Positions 25,100 through 38,429 are shown, counted from the first letter of the stretch. The stretch: 64,000 bases of DNA from Octopus vulgaris (GCA_951406725.2 OX597821.1:78616001-78680000); one strand, 5' to 3'. The notes: generated by a model from the letters alone, not told the origin. A program made the numbers and translations.

Positions 25100-26387
25100 G
25101 AGGGGCGTTCAATAAGTAATGCCCCTGACCCACTTGCAATTGTTTGATCTAGCTGAAATTTTGCATGTGCAATTATTTATATCTCTATAGATTATGTGAA
25201 AAACTACAGCTCTGAACTAATTCTGGTTTATGATTTACAGGTGATTGAACTGAGTCAAGTGTGAAATGGAGCATGTTGAGTGTCGAGCAGTGATCCGGTT
25301 TTTGTATTTGAAAGGAGGCACACCACGGGAGACTTTTGATGAAATGAAAGTAACTTATGGTGATGATGCCCCATCATATGACCTTGTAAAACGCTGGCAT
25401 CGTGAATTCAAACATGGTCGGAACTCTGTGGAAACAGCTCCCAAATCTGGTTGCCCCCTTTCTGCCATTGATGAGGCATCTGTCCGTCAAGTTGAGGCTG
25501 CCATTTTGGAAGATCGACGCATAACTATTTGCCAAATAGCCCATGAGGTCAAGATTAGTACCAGGTCAGTGGAAACTATCATTCATGACCATTTGCATAT
25601 GCAAAAGGTGTCTGCCAGATGGATTCCCAGGCTGCTCACACCTTTCCAGAAGCAAGAACGCATCGAGTGCTCGAGGATGAACTTGGAGATGTGCCAAGAT
25701 GAGTCAAACTTTTTCAAAAGACTGATTACACAGGATGAAACCTGGGTCAATCACTATGATCCAGAGGCCAAAGCCGAGTCAATGCAGTGGGAGCACCGTG
25801 ACTCACCTCCTCCAAGGAAGGCAAAGGTGCAGCCCTCCGCTGGCAAGGTCATGCTCACAGTTTTCTGGGACCAGGACGGAGTAGTGATGACAGATTTCCT
25901 GGCAAAGGGTACCACAATTACAGGAGCCTATTATGCTTCACTTTTGAGAAAATTAAGAGAAGCTATCAAAATCAAGAGGTGGGGCAAGATCAGCAAAGGC
26001 ATCCTCCTCCTGCAGGACAACGCTCCGGTCCACAACTTGCGTGTCGCCAGATCAGAAGCACAGGCGTGCGGCTATGAACTCCGCCCCCCATCCCATTACT
26101 CTCCTGACCTTGCACCCTCTGATTTTCACCTCTTCCCAGCCATGAAGTTGTTTTTGAAAGGAAAGCATTTCCCAGATGATGCAGCCTTGATATCTGAAGT
26201 CACGTTGTGGTTGGAAGACCAAGCTGGGGTCTCCTAAAAAAACGGTCTCCAGAGCTGCATCAAACGGTGGGCGAAATGCGTAACTCTGGGTGATTCCTAT
26301 GTAGAAAAAGACTAATAACTGTGCCAAGTTTCGTTGCTCTACTGCTATGGGAAGTGGGTCAGGGGCGTTACTTATTGAACGCCCTTC

Positions 26388-26388
<1 letters not shown>
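25099..26388 (+). mobile_element. Full-length mariner transposon inserted in a (TA)n tract, left arm only
   Basis: ~37-bp TIRs (cgaggggcgttcaataagtaatgcccctgacccactt / aagtgggtcaggggcgttacttattgaacgcccttcg) flanked by TA. The empty (TA)n site is at ~47560-47612. Confidence 0.96.
25266..26237 (+). CDS. Mariner DD34D transposase (323 aa; premature TAA near the C-terminus)
   Basis: Motifs WIPRLL, TQDETW, LQDNAP and YSPDLAPSDF. The frame continues past the TAA as KNGLQSCIKRWAKCVTLGDSYVEKD*, the normal mariner C-terminus. Confidence 0.9.
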   Translation: MEHVECRAVIRFLYLKGGTPRETFDEMKVTYGDDAPSYDLVKRWHREFKHGRNSVETAPKSGCPLSAIDEASVRQVEAAILEDRRITICQIAHEVKISTRSVETIIHDHLHMQKVSARWIPRLLTPFQKQERIECSRMNLEMCQDESNFFKRLITQDETWVNHYDPEAKAESMQWEHRDSPPPRKAKVQPSAGKVMLTVFWDQDGVVMTDFLAKGTTITGAYYASLLRKLREAIKIKRWGKISKGILLLQDNAPVHNLRVARSEAQACGYELRPPSHYSPDLAPSDFHLFPAMKLFLKGKHFPDDAALISEVTLWLEDQAGVS

Positions 26389-26449
<61 letters not shown>

Positions 26450-26569
26450 CGATAGGTAGATAGATAGATAGATATATAGATTGATAGGTATATATGTAGG
26501 TAGATAGATAGATAGACAGATACAGGCATACATACATAAAAGCACATCAAGTTTGGTAAAGAAAATGTG

Positions 26570-29010
26570 ATCACGTGCCTTCGTTGTTGCTGTTGTGATT
26601 ATAACACCTCATTGTAAACAATGTTCCTTGTTTTTCTTGAGCGTATGTAAAGTGGTTTGTTTTGTCTCCCACTCTTAAGCAGCCAACATACAATTGTTCG
26701 GAAAAAAGGACACGTCGAAGAATATGCCAGTCACAGACGGCCTGATCCTGGGATTTAATAGTTGACATCGGAAAACTGAAACGAAGAGGGAACTGCAGTT
26801 TTCTGAATGAAATGGGAAATTTCTTCTTCTGATGGGATAAGTGGAATTCTTGCAATGAAAACGTCATCACATTTTCTACATCCATAAATTATTGCCTCGA
26901 TAAACTGTGGCAACATTTTCTTTACTACCAGTCTTGTCCCATTGAAAGGTCGTGACGGTTCAAGATTTCGGAGCGGCATACAGGAGTTCCAACTTTAAAT
27001 CGTAATAAGTGGGCAAGTAGTCCGTGAGTCTACTGTTGCTGTTGTGATTATAACACCTCATTGTAAACAATGTTCCTTGTTTTTCTTGAGCGTATGTAAA
27101 GTGGTTTGTTTTGTCTCCCACTCTTAAGCAGCCAACATACAATTGTTCGGAAAAAAGGACTCGTCGAAGAATATGCCAGTCACAGACGGCCTGATCCTGG
27201 GATTTAATAGTTGACATCGGAAAACTGAAACGAAGAGGGAACTGCAGTTTTCTGAATGAAATGGGAAATTTCTTCTCCTGATGGGATAAGTGGAATTCTT
27301 GCAATGAAAACGTCATCACATTTTCTACATCCATAAATTATTGCCTCGATAAACTGTGGCAACATTTTCTTTACTACCAGTCTTGTCCCATTGAAAGGTC
27401 GTGACGGTTCAAGATTTCGGAGCGGCATACAGGTGTTCCAACTTTAAATCGTAATAAGTGGGCAAGTAGTCTGTACGTTATGTTTATTAACAGCGACGTT
27501 TTTGGAGACAATATTGCTCTGTGACCAATTGTGGTTTTGGTAATTTTCTGTCAAGTTATGAAATACTTTGTCTTTGAGTTCATCCACAGAATGAACAACA
27601 GAAGAAAATGGCCATATTTTCATTTCTCCTGTGGCGTCTAGGGGCACCTTGCCATCGCCAAGTGTCAAAATATCCTGTTCAAATGTTGCGGACATTTGGT
27701 CAGTATGAAGTTGAGCTCGATTGTTAGTGATCAGAGTCAGGATCGTAACAAGATGACACAGAGGCGAGGACTTCACACTCGTTTGGACCTTATCTGTTCT
27801 AGTGCCTTTGGGAATGACAGGAAGGATCTGCTTGAAATCACCCGAGAACAGAAGCATTACAACTCCCACTGGAGACTGATGTATCTAATGTTTCTAGAGA
27901 TCCCTTGTAAGCCATGTTGCACTCACACAGACGACGAGGTCACACATTCTAAGGACCGGTTCCTGGTCTGAGCTTTTGCTGATGTTGCATGAAGGCATCT
28001 CAGATGCTTCTAAATTGAGAGGTAGCTTAAATGTCGAGTGTATTGTTCTACCACCGGGCAACAAAAATATCTGCAATCCCGGAACTACCGCAATATCTTG
28101 GTGCTGCCTGAACCCTGCAAGGTAGAGCGTTGTAACAAATGTTTTTTTCTGTCCCTCGGTGTTCGTGGCAGGCCATATGTGGGTAATTCATTTCCACCCG
28201 GCGTAGCAATTCTGTCTTCGATGTCAATCAGATCTCTCTTGTAGACTTCATCGTTGATGCCCTCTATATCAGCATAGAGCAGTGAAACTTGCCGCTTAAT
28301 GTCTTCACCAAGGTCGTCTCCGTACTTGAGCAATAACGAGGAAAACTCGCACAGTTTGTATGTCTATAGCAATACTGCAAATAGTGCCCTGAGACTTTTA
28401 GGTGGTTTCAATACAATACACGGGCTTTTGATAGACCTTGTCGCATTCAGGCATCTCTGTACGTTGCGCAGACATAACCATCAACTGTATGAGGGCCAGG
28501 AAAGTAGTTGGACCTCTGACCTCTTCTAGTAGTAGACGACGTTAGAGACACTCGTGTTGACTGGGATGTACTGTGTAAATCGCCCAAGGCAATTGTCAAA
28601 CTTAATGCCGGGGTAACCATGAACATCTTGATCTGCTTTTTTCGGAGACATTTTATCCATTCTAGGTATAGTAGGATGGAATCTGTTCATACAGCAAGGT
28701 TTGAGCGAATGGGTCACCTTGACAAAGCTTAAATAATGCAGTGAGTGTCGTGTCCCTCGGTTCTTCTGCCAACAGAGAAGCATTAACATCGGTGATGTAC
28801 ACCCATTGACCCTTTTCCATGTGAACTGATGGAAGGTGGGATGTCGCTTGTGAAGTGGAAAGCCAAAGATAACTTCGTTCCTACTTATGTATCGTCACAC
28901 CTGATAGTAAGTCACCTCATCCCAGCAGCGTTCTTGTTGAAGGCCAAATATTGGTGTGCCGCAACCTTTGTTGACATACGTATAAACGTACTTGATTTTG
29001 CTTTGTCTAT
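26570..29010 (-). mobile_element. Decayed Helitron (PIF1-like helicase region)
   Basis: Fragments LLPGGRTIHSTFKLPL, GDFKQILPVIPKG, LRNL..FNGTRLVV, FRKLQFPLRFSFPMSTIKSQ and SEQLYVGCLRV. Mirrored at 45525-47470. Confidence 0.9.
26585..27470. repeat. 449-bp tandem duplication inside the left-arm Helitron
   Basis: Near-identical ORFs at 26755-26979 and 27204-27428 (offset 449). Single copy in the right arm. Confidence 0.92.
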
Positions 29011-29139
29011 TTCTTTTACATTTAGTTTAATCCAGTATTTGCCATGAAAGGGGCTTTTTGCCATTGATTTATCATGGTCCGTTGTTCTAGTTTTAGTTTG
29101 CATTTCATGTGTTTTACCACTTTTGTTGTTTCTTCTTCC

Positions 29140-29460
29140 ACATATTTGTTAGGTAGTATGACTTATTTGTCAGCTTCCTTAAATATGTAAACAGTTTTTT
29201 TTTGTTCGTTTTCTGTGGCTATTTGCATTAGATTTCCTTGCTTCTGAAGTAGTTATTTTTGCCGTCCAATGGTGGTTATTTTGTAATAGTTTTCTAGCTG
29301 TATAAGGCCTCTACCACCTTCTATACGTTGTATATATAACCTTTCTATGTCAGATTGTGGGAGGTGCATCCTAGAGCCTGGCATTATTTTTCTGGTATTC
29401 CTGTCTATTTAGGTTAGTTCATTTAGTGCCCAGTTAAGGATATTGTAGCTATAACTTATT
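29140..29460 (-). mobile_element. R4-like LINE internal fragment abutting (TAA)n
   Basis: SYSYNILNWALNELT...MHLPQSDIERLYI. Mirror copy at 45205-45515 (MHHPKSDIERLHIQRIEGGGGL). Confidence 0.8.
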
Positions 29461-29488
29461 ATTATTATTATTATCATTATTATTATTA

Positions 29489-29579
<91 letters not shown>

Positions 29580-30335
29580 CAGTATTATTATTATTATTCT
29601 GTAGATTGAAGCCCCATTAGCAGTAAAAGAGTTCAATCTCCTCGTCAACTTTTTTTAAACATTTTCTGCACTGCGCTGCTAGGATTTCCGTTTAGCAACA
29701 CAATCTGCTTTTCAAGGGGTGCATTTCAATATCTTTAAACTTCCTTCAACTTTCGGTGAAAGCAAATATTTTGAAAGATGGCAATGAAAGAAGTAACATG
29801 AAGTGAAAGACAACACTAGCCTACCGCTGACAATAGTAAACGACGTCACCGCCACCTCAGCAAAACCAAGCACTGACTGGTGAACAAGGCATCAAGTGAA
29901 CGACAATAACAGTAAAAACAAGACCGTAAAAAAACAAAATATATTTAAACAATGTAAATTAAAGTGAGAAATTAAAATAGAAAATGTTGTAAGTAGCATG
30001 AACACCAGTGCCGCCTCCGTCGAAGCCACGACCATCGGCTCCACTGTAGAGGCTAGATTGACTACAGCCAAAAGAGATAATGGAAAGGAGATTTCTTTTG
30101 CGCTCGCTGCAACAAATCGGAAAGGTTTCCTTCTGGATGAAGATGAGTTACAACAGGTCAGATGATGTGTGAAATAAAAAAGAAAAACATGCAAGGAGTG
30201 TAGCCCTCAAACAACCAACCGAGTTGATGGGAGTAAAATAGCGCCGGGTTTAGAAATGCTACTGAGATTCAGATTCCAAACTTCCTAGGGAGCATGTGGG
30301 TGGCTAAAACACACATGAACTCGAGGCTAGATAGG

Positions 30336-30392
<57 letters not shown>

Positions 30393-30413
30393 GGTTGGAT
30401 GGATGGATGGACG

Positions 30414-30477
<64 letters not shown>

Positions 30478-30479
30478 TA

Positions 30480-30650
30480 ACTTTCTTTATCGGCCACGCA
30501 GGGCTGAATACAAAGGGGACAAGTACATATGTAGAGCTTTTCTTTTCGAAGAGGGAAAATGAAATAAGGAACAAAAAAGGAAACAAATGTAAAATTTCGA
30601 TCAAAAGGGATCGGTGAAAGCGATCAAAAGGGATCGTGTATCACAGAAGC
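30480..30650 (-). mobile_element. Tx1-family 3' UTR tail fragment
   Basis: ttctttatcggccacgcagggctg...tgtagagcttttctttt matches the Tx1 3' end at 5191-5255. Mirror copy at ~43955-44120. Confidence 0.7.
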
Positions 30651-30829
30651 AAATTTTTTTTAACAGTAAGAAACAAGATTAGGTACAGAATAAAAGTAAA
30701 GTTAGTTCTACTGACTGGTGAAACCAGCTTATCTGTTTGCACTGGTTTCGATAAAGATGATATGGTCATAAAATAATATCGTGAAATATTTTCCACAGAC
30801 GTAAAGATAGGTGAACAACATTAACTTAC

Positions 30830-30950
30830 CTTAGAAGTTGCCGTCAAAATATTTCTCTTTTCTTAAATGCGTTCTTAAACTAAGAGGTATTATGAAGTTG
30901 CTTTCTTCTCTCTTCTCAGAGTGCTTTGCAATTCAGATGATAAGTAAATG
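30830..30950 (-). promoter_or_regulatory. Mirror copy of the candidate non-coding first exon
   Basis: Reverse complement of 43650-43773, including the AAG|GTAAGT donor (acttac at 30824-30829). Confidence 0.4.
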
Positions 30951-31611
30951 ATGAACTTTACTATTTGCTTCAGTACAATTTTAATAAATCTCTACTTCTA
31001 CCCATTGATCATCACAATCAATTTGATACGGTTGGTGAACGAAAGAGGGTTATTTTAAAATCGCAATATATTGACAGTTTAATGTATAACAGCTTTCTGT
31101 TGCTTTGGATACATAACACTGGATATATTCGCATTTTAATTATGGTTCAAACCACTTTACAGTATTTATTTTAATACTGAACTATGCGTATGTCTCTCGC
31201 CAACGTCACATTTTGAATGCCAGATTTGGCTTCTATCGGTTAAGTTGTTAATAATATATTTATTTTGATTCGATACATATTGATCTAACTACAAAATTTA
31301 AACATGTTAGAAAATGAAATAATCATGAAAACGCATTAACAATTATCCAACAGGTTGTAACGAATTGGTCAAATGCATATACAGTGTGTAAATAAATGTT
31401 TGGCAATATATTGTTTCCAAGAACTGAAAACATTCAGAAGCTTCCTTCTGATGACCAGGTACCATTTACTTTCCTATAAAGGCAGCCTGCTCATCAGAAA
31501 GAAGTGAACATCCTGTCTGATGGCGAATCGTATAATACACAGAAAGGAGCACAGAAATAAGCAGGGAGAGAAAATAGAAAAAGGTTAAGTGGCTAGCGAT
31601 CTATCATGAAA

Positions 31612-31658
<47 letters not shown>

Positions 31659-31679
31659 AGTGTGTGTGTGTGTGTGTGT

Positions 31680-33575
31680 AAAGTAGTACCAGAAAAGGAG
31701 GAATTTCGATTATCCCCACGTGGTGAGTTGTAATATATATAAGAGATTAAAAAAGGAAAATACACACACTTTATGTAGTTTTAACATAATTTTAAATATA
31801 TCGACCGGTTTCGCTTTTGCTATTCATGATTTTATGGTTTACTTATTTGAATATGTATTTTCTTAAGAAAAAAGTTTTGTCCATTTTATGTGTGATGATA
31901 TTTACGAGTGAATGACTTCACAAGTAGAAAAATAAGGGGAGATAATTGGATATCGTTATTATTGTTGTTGTTGTTGTGGGCAAGGGAGATAGCTGTTCAG
32001 CTTTCCGTAAGGGGAGTGGAATATATATGTACACACAAAAAATAGGGTTGTTTAGTGAGGGGATTTATGTACAGTGATGTAATCGTGAATCAAAATATGC
32101 AATAAGATAAAAGTTGGTTATGCGTGCATATTAGGACGTGTTCCGTATTTCTCAATGAAAAAAGTTTCTTTATTTGAACGTTCTTGTGGAGAGATTGTGT
32201 CTTTGCACTGGTCGAAGGGGGAGGCTGTGAAATTTGGTTTGATATTATCTGCACATTTTTCTATATGTTCAGTGAGAGGAATTTGCCTGTATTGCGGGAA
32301 ACAGATTTGCTGTTTATGTAGAGTAGTTCTCCTCCTCATGGTCATACTCGTCTGCACAATATAGTTGTGTCTGCAAAAGAAAAAGCACAATTAATGAAGA
32401 CCCAATTAATGAAGAGGCAATATTGTTTACACACGATGTTATCAATCTTCACACCATCCCACATGACTATGGCATAAAAGCAATTAAATTCAGGTTGGAA
32501 ACATGCCCCGAAATTCTCCCGGAACGCATAAATCAGATCTTTATTATTGAATCTCTAAAATTTATACTTCAGAATAATTATTTCCTATTTGATAACATAG
32601 ACTATCGTCAAATTTGCGGAACTGTAATGGGAACGAAAGCATCCCTGTTCTTGCGAATCCAATAATGAGTTATTTTGAATTCACCGTATATGAAGTATCA
32701 GAAATATCGTTAGCCATTTTAATTTTACTTATAGAAAATTGGAAAAGATACCTGGATGACTGTATTATCATTTGGAAGGAGAACATCGACAAACTTTTGG
32801 ATTTCAAATCAACACTAAATGAATACAAGAATTTTTAGATATCATGATAATAAAAGTCAACAATCAAATCATAACTGACATTTATTATAAACCAACTGAC
32901 TCAAAACAATAACTCCTCTTTAGCTCTTGCCACCCGAAACACATCAAAATAAATATCCCTTTAAATTTGGCAAAAAAGATTTGCACAATAGTGTCTGATA
33001 GAACAACTCGGGATCTTCGTCTTCAAGATCTCAAAACAACGCATACTGAAAGACAATATCCACCCTCACTTATAGATGATGGAATTGAATGTGCCAAAAA
33101 CTTAGACATAAAACACTAAGAACAACAAAACATCACATCACACCACATCTCAAAACATTACTATTTATATCAACACACAACCTCAGAGATTGTGAGGCAT
33201 TCAGCACTATTGTGCAAAATCTTCCTTTACTAAACAGAGATTAAAAAATCAACGACACCCTGAAATTCATCAAATGCAAAAAGCAACACAAATCGCATCG
33301 CTACAGAGACTACTAACAAATACGAAGCTTTACAAAACCACCACGAAACCAACGGTTAAAAGATGTGGACCCAAAAACTGTGGAACCTGCCCCAACGTAG
33401 ATGAAGGTTTGGATTTCATTTTCAAACAAGGACAGAGATTCACAATTAAAACTAGTTTCACTTGTACATCTGAGAACCTAATTTACGTAATAACCTACTC
33501 GGGTTGTGGACACAACTATATTGGACGGACAGCCGAGTATGACCTTCAAAAGACGAACCACTCTACATAAAGAGC
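31680..33575 (+). mobile_element. Penelope-like element: RT + GIY-YIG on + (32390-33575) with an inverted 3' segment on - (31680-32385)
   Basis: GTVMGTK, WKRYLDDC and KRCGPKNCGTC..FTCTSENLIYVITYSGCGHNYIGRT. The inverted piece repeats HNYIVQT..RRRTTLHKQQI. Mirror copy at 40640-42560. Confidence 0.88.
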
Positions 33576-33596
33576 AAATCCGTTATATAATTTCTG

Positions 33597-33637
<41 letters not shown>

Positions 33638-33662
33638 TACACATATATATATATATATATAC

Positions 33663-33707
<45 letters not shown>

Positions 33708-33938
33708 GATATATACTTAGCCATATATATATATATATGAAATTCAGACATGTTAGTATTTGTAGGTATCTGATGGACGCTTATAATGTATATAAGTGTG
33801 TGTCTAAGCACATAATTATGCATCGAGCGTTATGTATATGTATACTATTTAAGTTTCCATGTTTCTACAGCAGTCTATATACTTATGTATGTATGTCAGT
33901 ACGTTTGCATGTATCTAAGTGTGCCTCTGTATGTATTA

Positions 33939-33981
<43 letters not shown>

Positions 33982-33994
33982 ATGTATGAATGTA

Positions 33995-34545
33995 TGACAC
34001 CTGCATCCTCGTTACACGAGAAAAACCATTGCCAAGAAGAATTTCTGAAATAATTCATGTTTGTTATCATGCAATACCCTTATATGATTTTGAAGCCCGG
34101 CGAAGCTTTTACACATTTTATTACATAATAGATAATCGTGCTGGTGTGCAGGAAAATTAGGTGCCACCCTATGCACTGTCTTAACATGTATTAGTAGACC
34201 TCTAACTGAAAAGCACACCCTTCCACATCACATTCTACACATGTTCTGTTATGAATTTTAATATATATATATATATATATCACACAGCTTCATCCTCCTT
34301 ACACGAGAAAAGTCATTGCCAAGAAAGGTCATTGAAATGATTCATGAGTGTTGCTATGTGATGCCCTTACATAACTTTTAAGCCCGGCCAAGCTTTTACA
34401 CATTTTATTACTTACTAGACAACTGTTGTCCTGGCTGACAGGAAAAACAGGTGGCACAATATGCACTCTCTTAACATGTTTTTTAGACCTCCAAATGAGA
34501 GGCATACCCTTCCGCATTTTACACAATTTCTGTTAGAAATTCTAA
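33995..34545 (-). mobile_element. Two tandem C2H2-like zinc-finger tails, probably RTE-type LINE 3' ends
   Basis: CNKMCKSFAGLQNHIRVLH and NKMCKSLAGLKSYVRASH, each followed by a short tail and a microsatellite. Single mirror copy at 38860-39110. Confidence 0.6.
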
Positions 34546-34684
34546 TAGTAGTCAACGGCCATTCAACTACGTATGTTTGTGTGTGTTTATTGCATATATT
34601 GCATTTTAAGCTCCGTGTGTGTGTGGTAAGTACTGTATTTCAGTATGTGTATGTACATATTGTATATTGTGTATATACAATATG

Positions 34685-34741
<57 letters not shown>

Positions 34742-35060
34742 TGATGATAACAATAGTAATAATAATAATAATAAATATTTTTAGTTATTATATATTGCAT
34801 ATATTTTATATATTGTATATATTGTTTATTGTTTATTCATTTTACTTTTTGTGATCTAGTTCTATATTTTATTTTTTCTTTATGATTTGGTTCATGTCTA
34901 TCATTGTTTGAATTACATAGTGTTTTTTTTCTAATTCATATATATATATATGTGTGTGTGTGTATATAAATGTGTATATATGTGTGTGTGTGTGTGTATA
35001 TAAATGTGTATATATATGTATGTATGAATATATATATGTATGTATATATGTATGTATGTA

Positions 35061-35116
<56 letters not shown>

Positions 35117-35873
35117 CATAACAAAGTAAGGTTTGAAGGTACCGCAGGAGTGATAATATATAGGGAGGAGTATTTAAAATGCAGAGGTCTTTTAAATATG
35201 TTTATTATCTTGACTGGTTTCAAATGTTTTTAAAAAAGACTTTCAAAAGTGAAGTGTAAGGCTTTGTGTAGCCTTTGCAGTGTTAAAAATAGTTAATATT
35301 GATGTATTAAAACACAGTGATAGTCTTTGGCTATGACAAGAAAGTGTCAGGCAGGGCTTTGTGGTTAAACAGTCCGCATAAAAGTGTCCAAAATAGGCAG
35401 TGAAATAAATTCATAATTATTACTAAGTTAATGAAAAATTATGATTGTTTATAATTATATGTGCAGAAAGCATATGTAGATAGTATTTGATATGCGAAAG
35501 CGTGTATTACCTAGTGAAAAATACATCAGAAATCATATTGAAATATTTATACAGAATTTTAAAGAACTAATCAAACATTTTTCTTCCTCTCCTGTCATGT
35601 ATGCGTGTTTGGCAAGGATAGTTACCATTTTAAGAAATAGTGTGGAAGGTTCGTTGGGAGGGGGAAAGCATTGGCATGATCTGATTTCGAATAATTTGTG
35701 GAAAAATAGTTCATTATTTCCGAGCTAGTCTGTCATGGTTCGTTGGTTTTGGACTGGTCTTAGAGTCCAGTGTAGTGTGTTTATGGGTCCGTGTTTGTAT
35801 TTCATATTAAGCAGTGTGTATGTATCTATGTGTGTGCATATATATATGTGTGCATGTGTGTGAGTGTGTGTGG

Positions 35874-36180
35874 AGGTGCAATGGCCCAGTGGTTAGGGCA
35901 GCGGACTCGCGGTTGTAAGATCGAGGTTTCGATTCCCAGACCGGGCCTTGTGAGCGTTTATTGAGCGAAAACGCATAAAGCTCTACGAGGCTCCGGCAGG
36001 GAGGGGGTGAACCCTGCTGTAGTCTTTCGCCACAACTTTCTCTAACTCTTGCATCTGTTGGCCTACTCGCTTAGCCAGTGGGGTGGCGTAATTTGAAGGC
36101 TAAAACAATGTGAAGCGCAATGTGACAAGCGATGTGTAGTAACATCTGATAGCCTGGTCGGTCACGGTGATGACGGCGAT
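35874..36180 (+). mobile_element. tRNA-derived SINE in the spacer
   Basis: ggtgcaatggcccagtggttagggcagcggactcgcgg...ggtttcgattccc, with A/B boxes. Flanked by microsatellites. Confidence 0.8.
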
Positions 36181-36185
36181 ATATG

Positions 36186-36260
<75 letters not shown>

Positions 36261-36512
36261 GCATAAACATTTGCGTATTTATTTGAATGTATGCCTATAT
36301 ATATATATATTATAATACTAAAATGTAAAAATGATTAATGATTTTACCACGGAAATATAATTTTGATGGGTAAACTTTACAAATGTTAAACAAGGGATTG
36401 GCTATAATCCTGTCCACGCTATAGAAAGTAGAAGCGAAAAGACGCTAATAGCACTTTAAAAACTCCGAAAAATAGAAATAAGACACTGGCTGCAGTCGAG
36501 CAAAGAAAAATA

Positions 36513-36571
<59 letters not shown>

Positions 36572-36799
36572 TACATATACATATATATATATTTTTGTTT
36601 TTCATGCTTACATATACACTTATACATATATGTACATGGATAGATCTAGATGGCATGATCATATGTCAAATACAGGGTATTCAAATATGGTTCCTCTAGT
36701 TCATGTGCATAAAATAATTGTGGCTACCATGTATATATCAAGTTATGTATTATCTTGATTGTAGTGTATAAATGTGTGTTTAGCTACGTGTAGGCATCC

Positions 36800-37900
36800 G
36801 GGTAAATGTTGAGTGACTTTATTTATAATACGCGCCTTTGTCAACATTATCGAGAGTGACACTTCGGAGCATAATTGGCATTTGCGGGATATAATGTTGT
36901 AGGGACTCGCATGTCTAACTATGGATCATGTATGGTTGTCTTTGCTTCCTTAAATTGCCAGATAAAATCGGCCAGTTATGTTAAAATCGGCCAGTTATGA
37001 TAAAATCGGCCAGTTACATGTCGTTTGAGGATATTTCGAAATCTGGCCATGTATTTACGGTATCGACTTTTGAAAAACTCAGCTGCTACCCCCATATATA
37101 TGTAGGGGCCTCCTCGAATGTTTATAGTGCACTTATATACGCCGTTCTTAGTCATATATTGGTTATCCAAAGGGCAATTGAATCTATCTCTGCATGAGAA
37201 TAACGGCTTGATTTTGATGGTTTGTGCACATCGAGCGCGGGAGTGATTGGTGCTGTTCGGTATTTTGGTTGTTACTATAATCATTTTATTATCATTAGGT
37301 GTTCTCAGTTACTTATTTGAATTGTTGCTTGTATTGTTTTTAAGATGGTTATCTTGGAAAATTAAGTATTGTTCTGTTGATTGGTAGTATAAACGTTGTT
37401 TTTACGTTAGTCGTATGAGTTATGGTTAATGTCAAGAAGGTTATTTTGAGTGCTAACTACCCTCCGTCTCAGTTTACCGCTGTTAATCCTATGGATATGG
37501 TGCTTTAAGTTTGATGAATTTGCATAGGATAGTTTTATAGGATGACGGTTAAATATTTTGCTGTACACTCCATTTTTAGGGAAGCAGCGATCCAGAGTGG
37601 TCAGAAATTGTTTCGCGATATTGGATGAGATGTTCCAGATTGGGTTATACCAAATGACGTCATGGTTTTTATATTTTCGGTTAGGTCTGTTTGTTTGGGT
37701 GCTTGGAGCGAAAATCAAATTTTGTGGCGGTAGTTATTCAATTTGTCTTTTAAAAGTTTTCTTTAATTCATGGTTGATTCTAGTGTGTCTGTGCTTGGTT
37801 AGATTTAAGCTATCGTTTGGGCTACTGTTATCAGGGTTTCGATATTGTTTTTGTAGGGATTGAATATAAGCCTCTCCAGAGACACACAAATAAGAAAGAA
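36800..37900 (-). mobile_element. Penelope-like element fragment in the spacer (second family)
   Basis: VIWYNP..SNIAKQFLTTLDRCFPK..KIFNRHPIKLSY and SCRDRFNCPLD..GVYKCTI..YMGVAAEFFKSRY (GIY-YIG). Confidence 0.85.
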
Positions 37901-38429
37901 GAAAGCAAAGGACTACTGATGCGGTCACAGGAGTGTGACGAAATAATTCTGGCCGAAATAAGATTAAGATTAATGTAAAAAATAAATAACGCTGAAGCAA
38001 AGTAACACTAAATATATAGTGCGTGTGTTTTTATTGGCTAAACTGGCAAAATGACCATTCCGAAATACAACAATATCTGTTTCAACAAACGATTTCACAT
38101 AAAAAATCTTGCAAAACAAATATGTAAACGTATATATATATGTATATGTATTTATGTGTTGTGTGTGTGTTTATGTACATGTATTTTGCATGTTTTTGCA
38201 TATAGTTATCTATATGTCTATATTCATTTGTATGTGTGTCTATGCGTTGCATATATAACAAACCCGTTATTGCTTTCTTAATACCTAAAAAAACTCCTCA
38301 TTCCATGTGGTCAAAATTTATTAAACAAGACTGAGATCGCTGTTAATTAATTATTCATTTATCTACCATTCATTAATCTAGTCTGTGCATGCCTGATTTC
38401 TCTTTGATTCCAGAAACTACGTGGTTCCA

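Larger units (their letters stand above)
17953..34690. repeat. Left arm of a large inverted segmental duplication
   Basis: Colinear reverse-complement matches to 38715-56210 throughout, e.g. 18001-18270 vs 55895-56170, 20905-21228 vs 52911-53237, 27918-28346 vs 46216-46644, 30660-30950 vs 43650-43945, 34560-34690 vs 38715-38845. Mirrored ORF pairs appear in the ORF track. Confidence 0.97.

Noticed and set aside
26570-29010. PIF1 helicase as a cellular gene
   Set aside because: Intronless, multiply frameshifted, with Helitron-type upstream motifs.
31445-31498. ttctgatga...tcatcagaa pair resembling a hammerhead or C/D box
   Set aside because: Only a 9-bp inverted repeat, with no matching GAAA/helix III or box D arrangement.
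33995-34545. C2H2 zinc-finger motifs as a host zinc-finger gene
   Set aside because: Degenerate, no TGEKP linkers or clear splice structure, and they end in a short tail plus microsatellite like LINE 3' ends.
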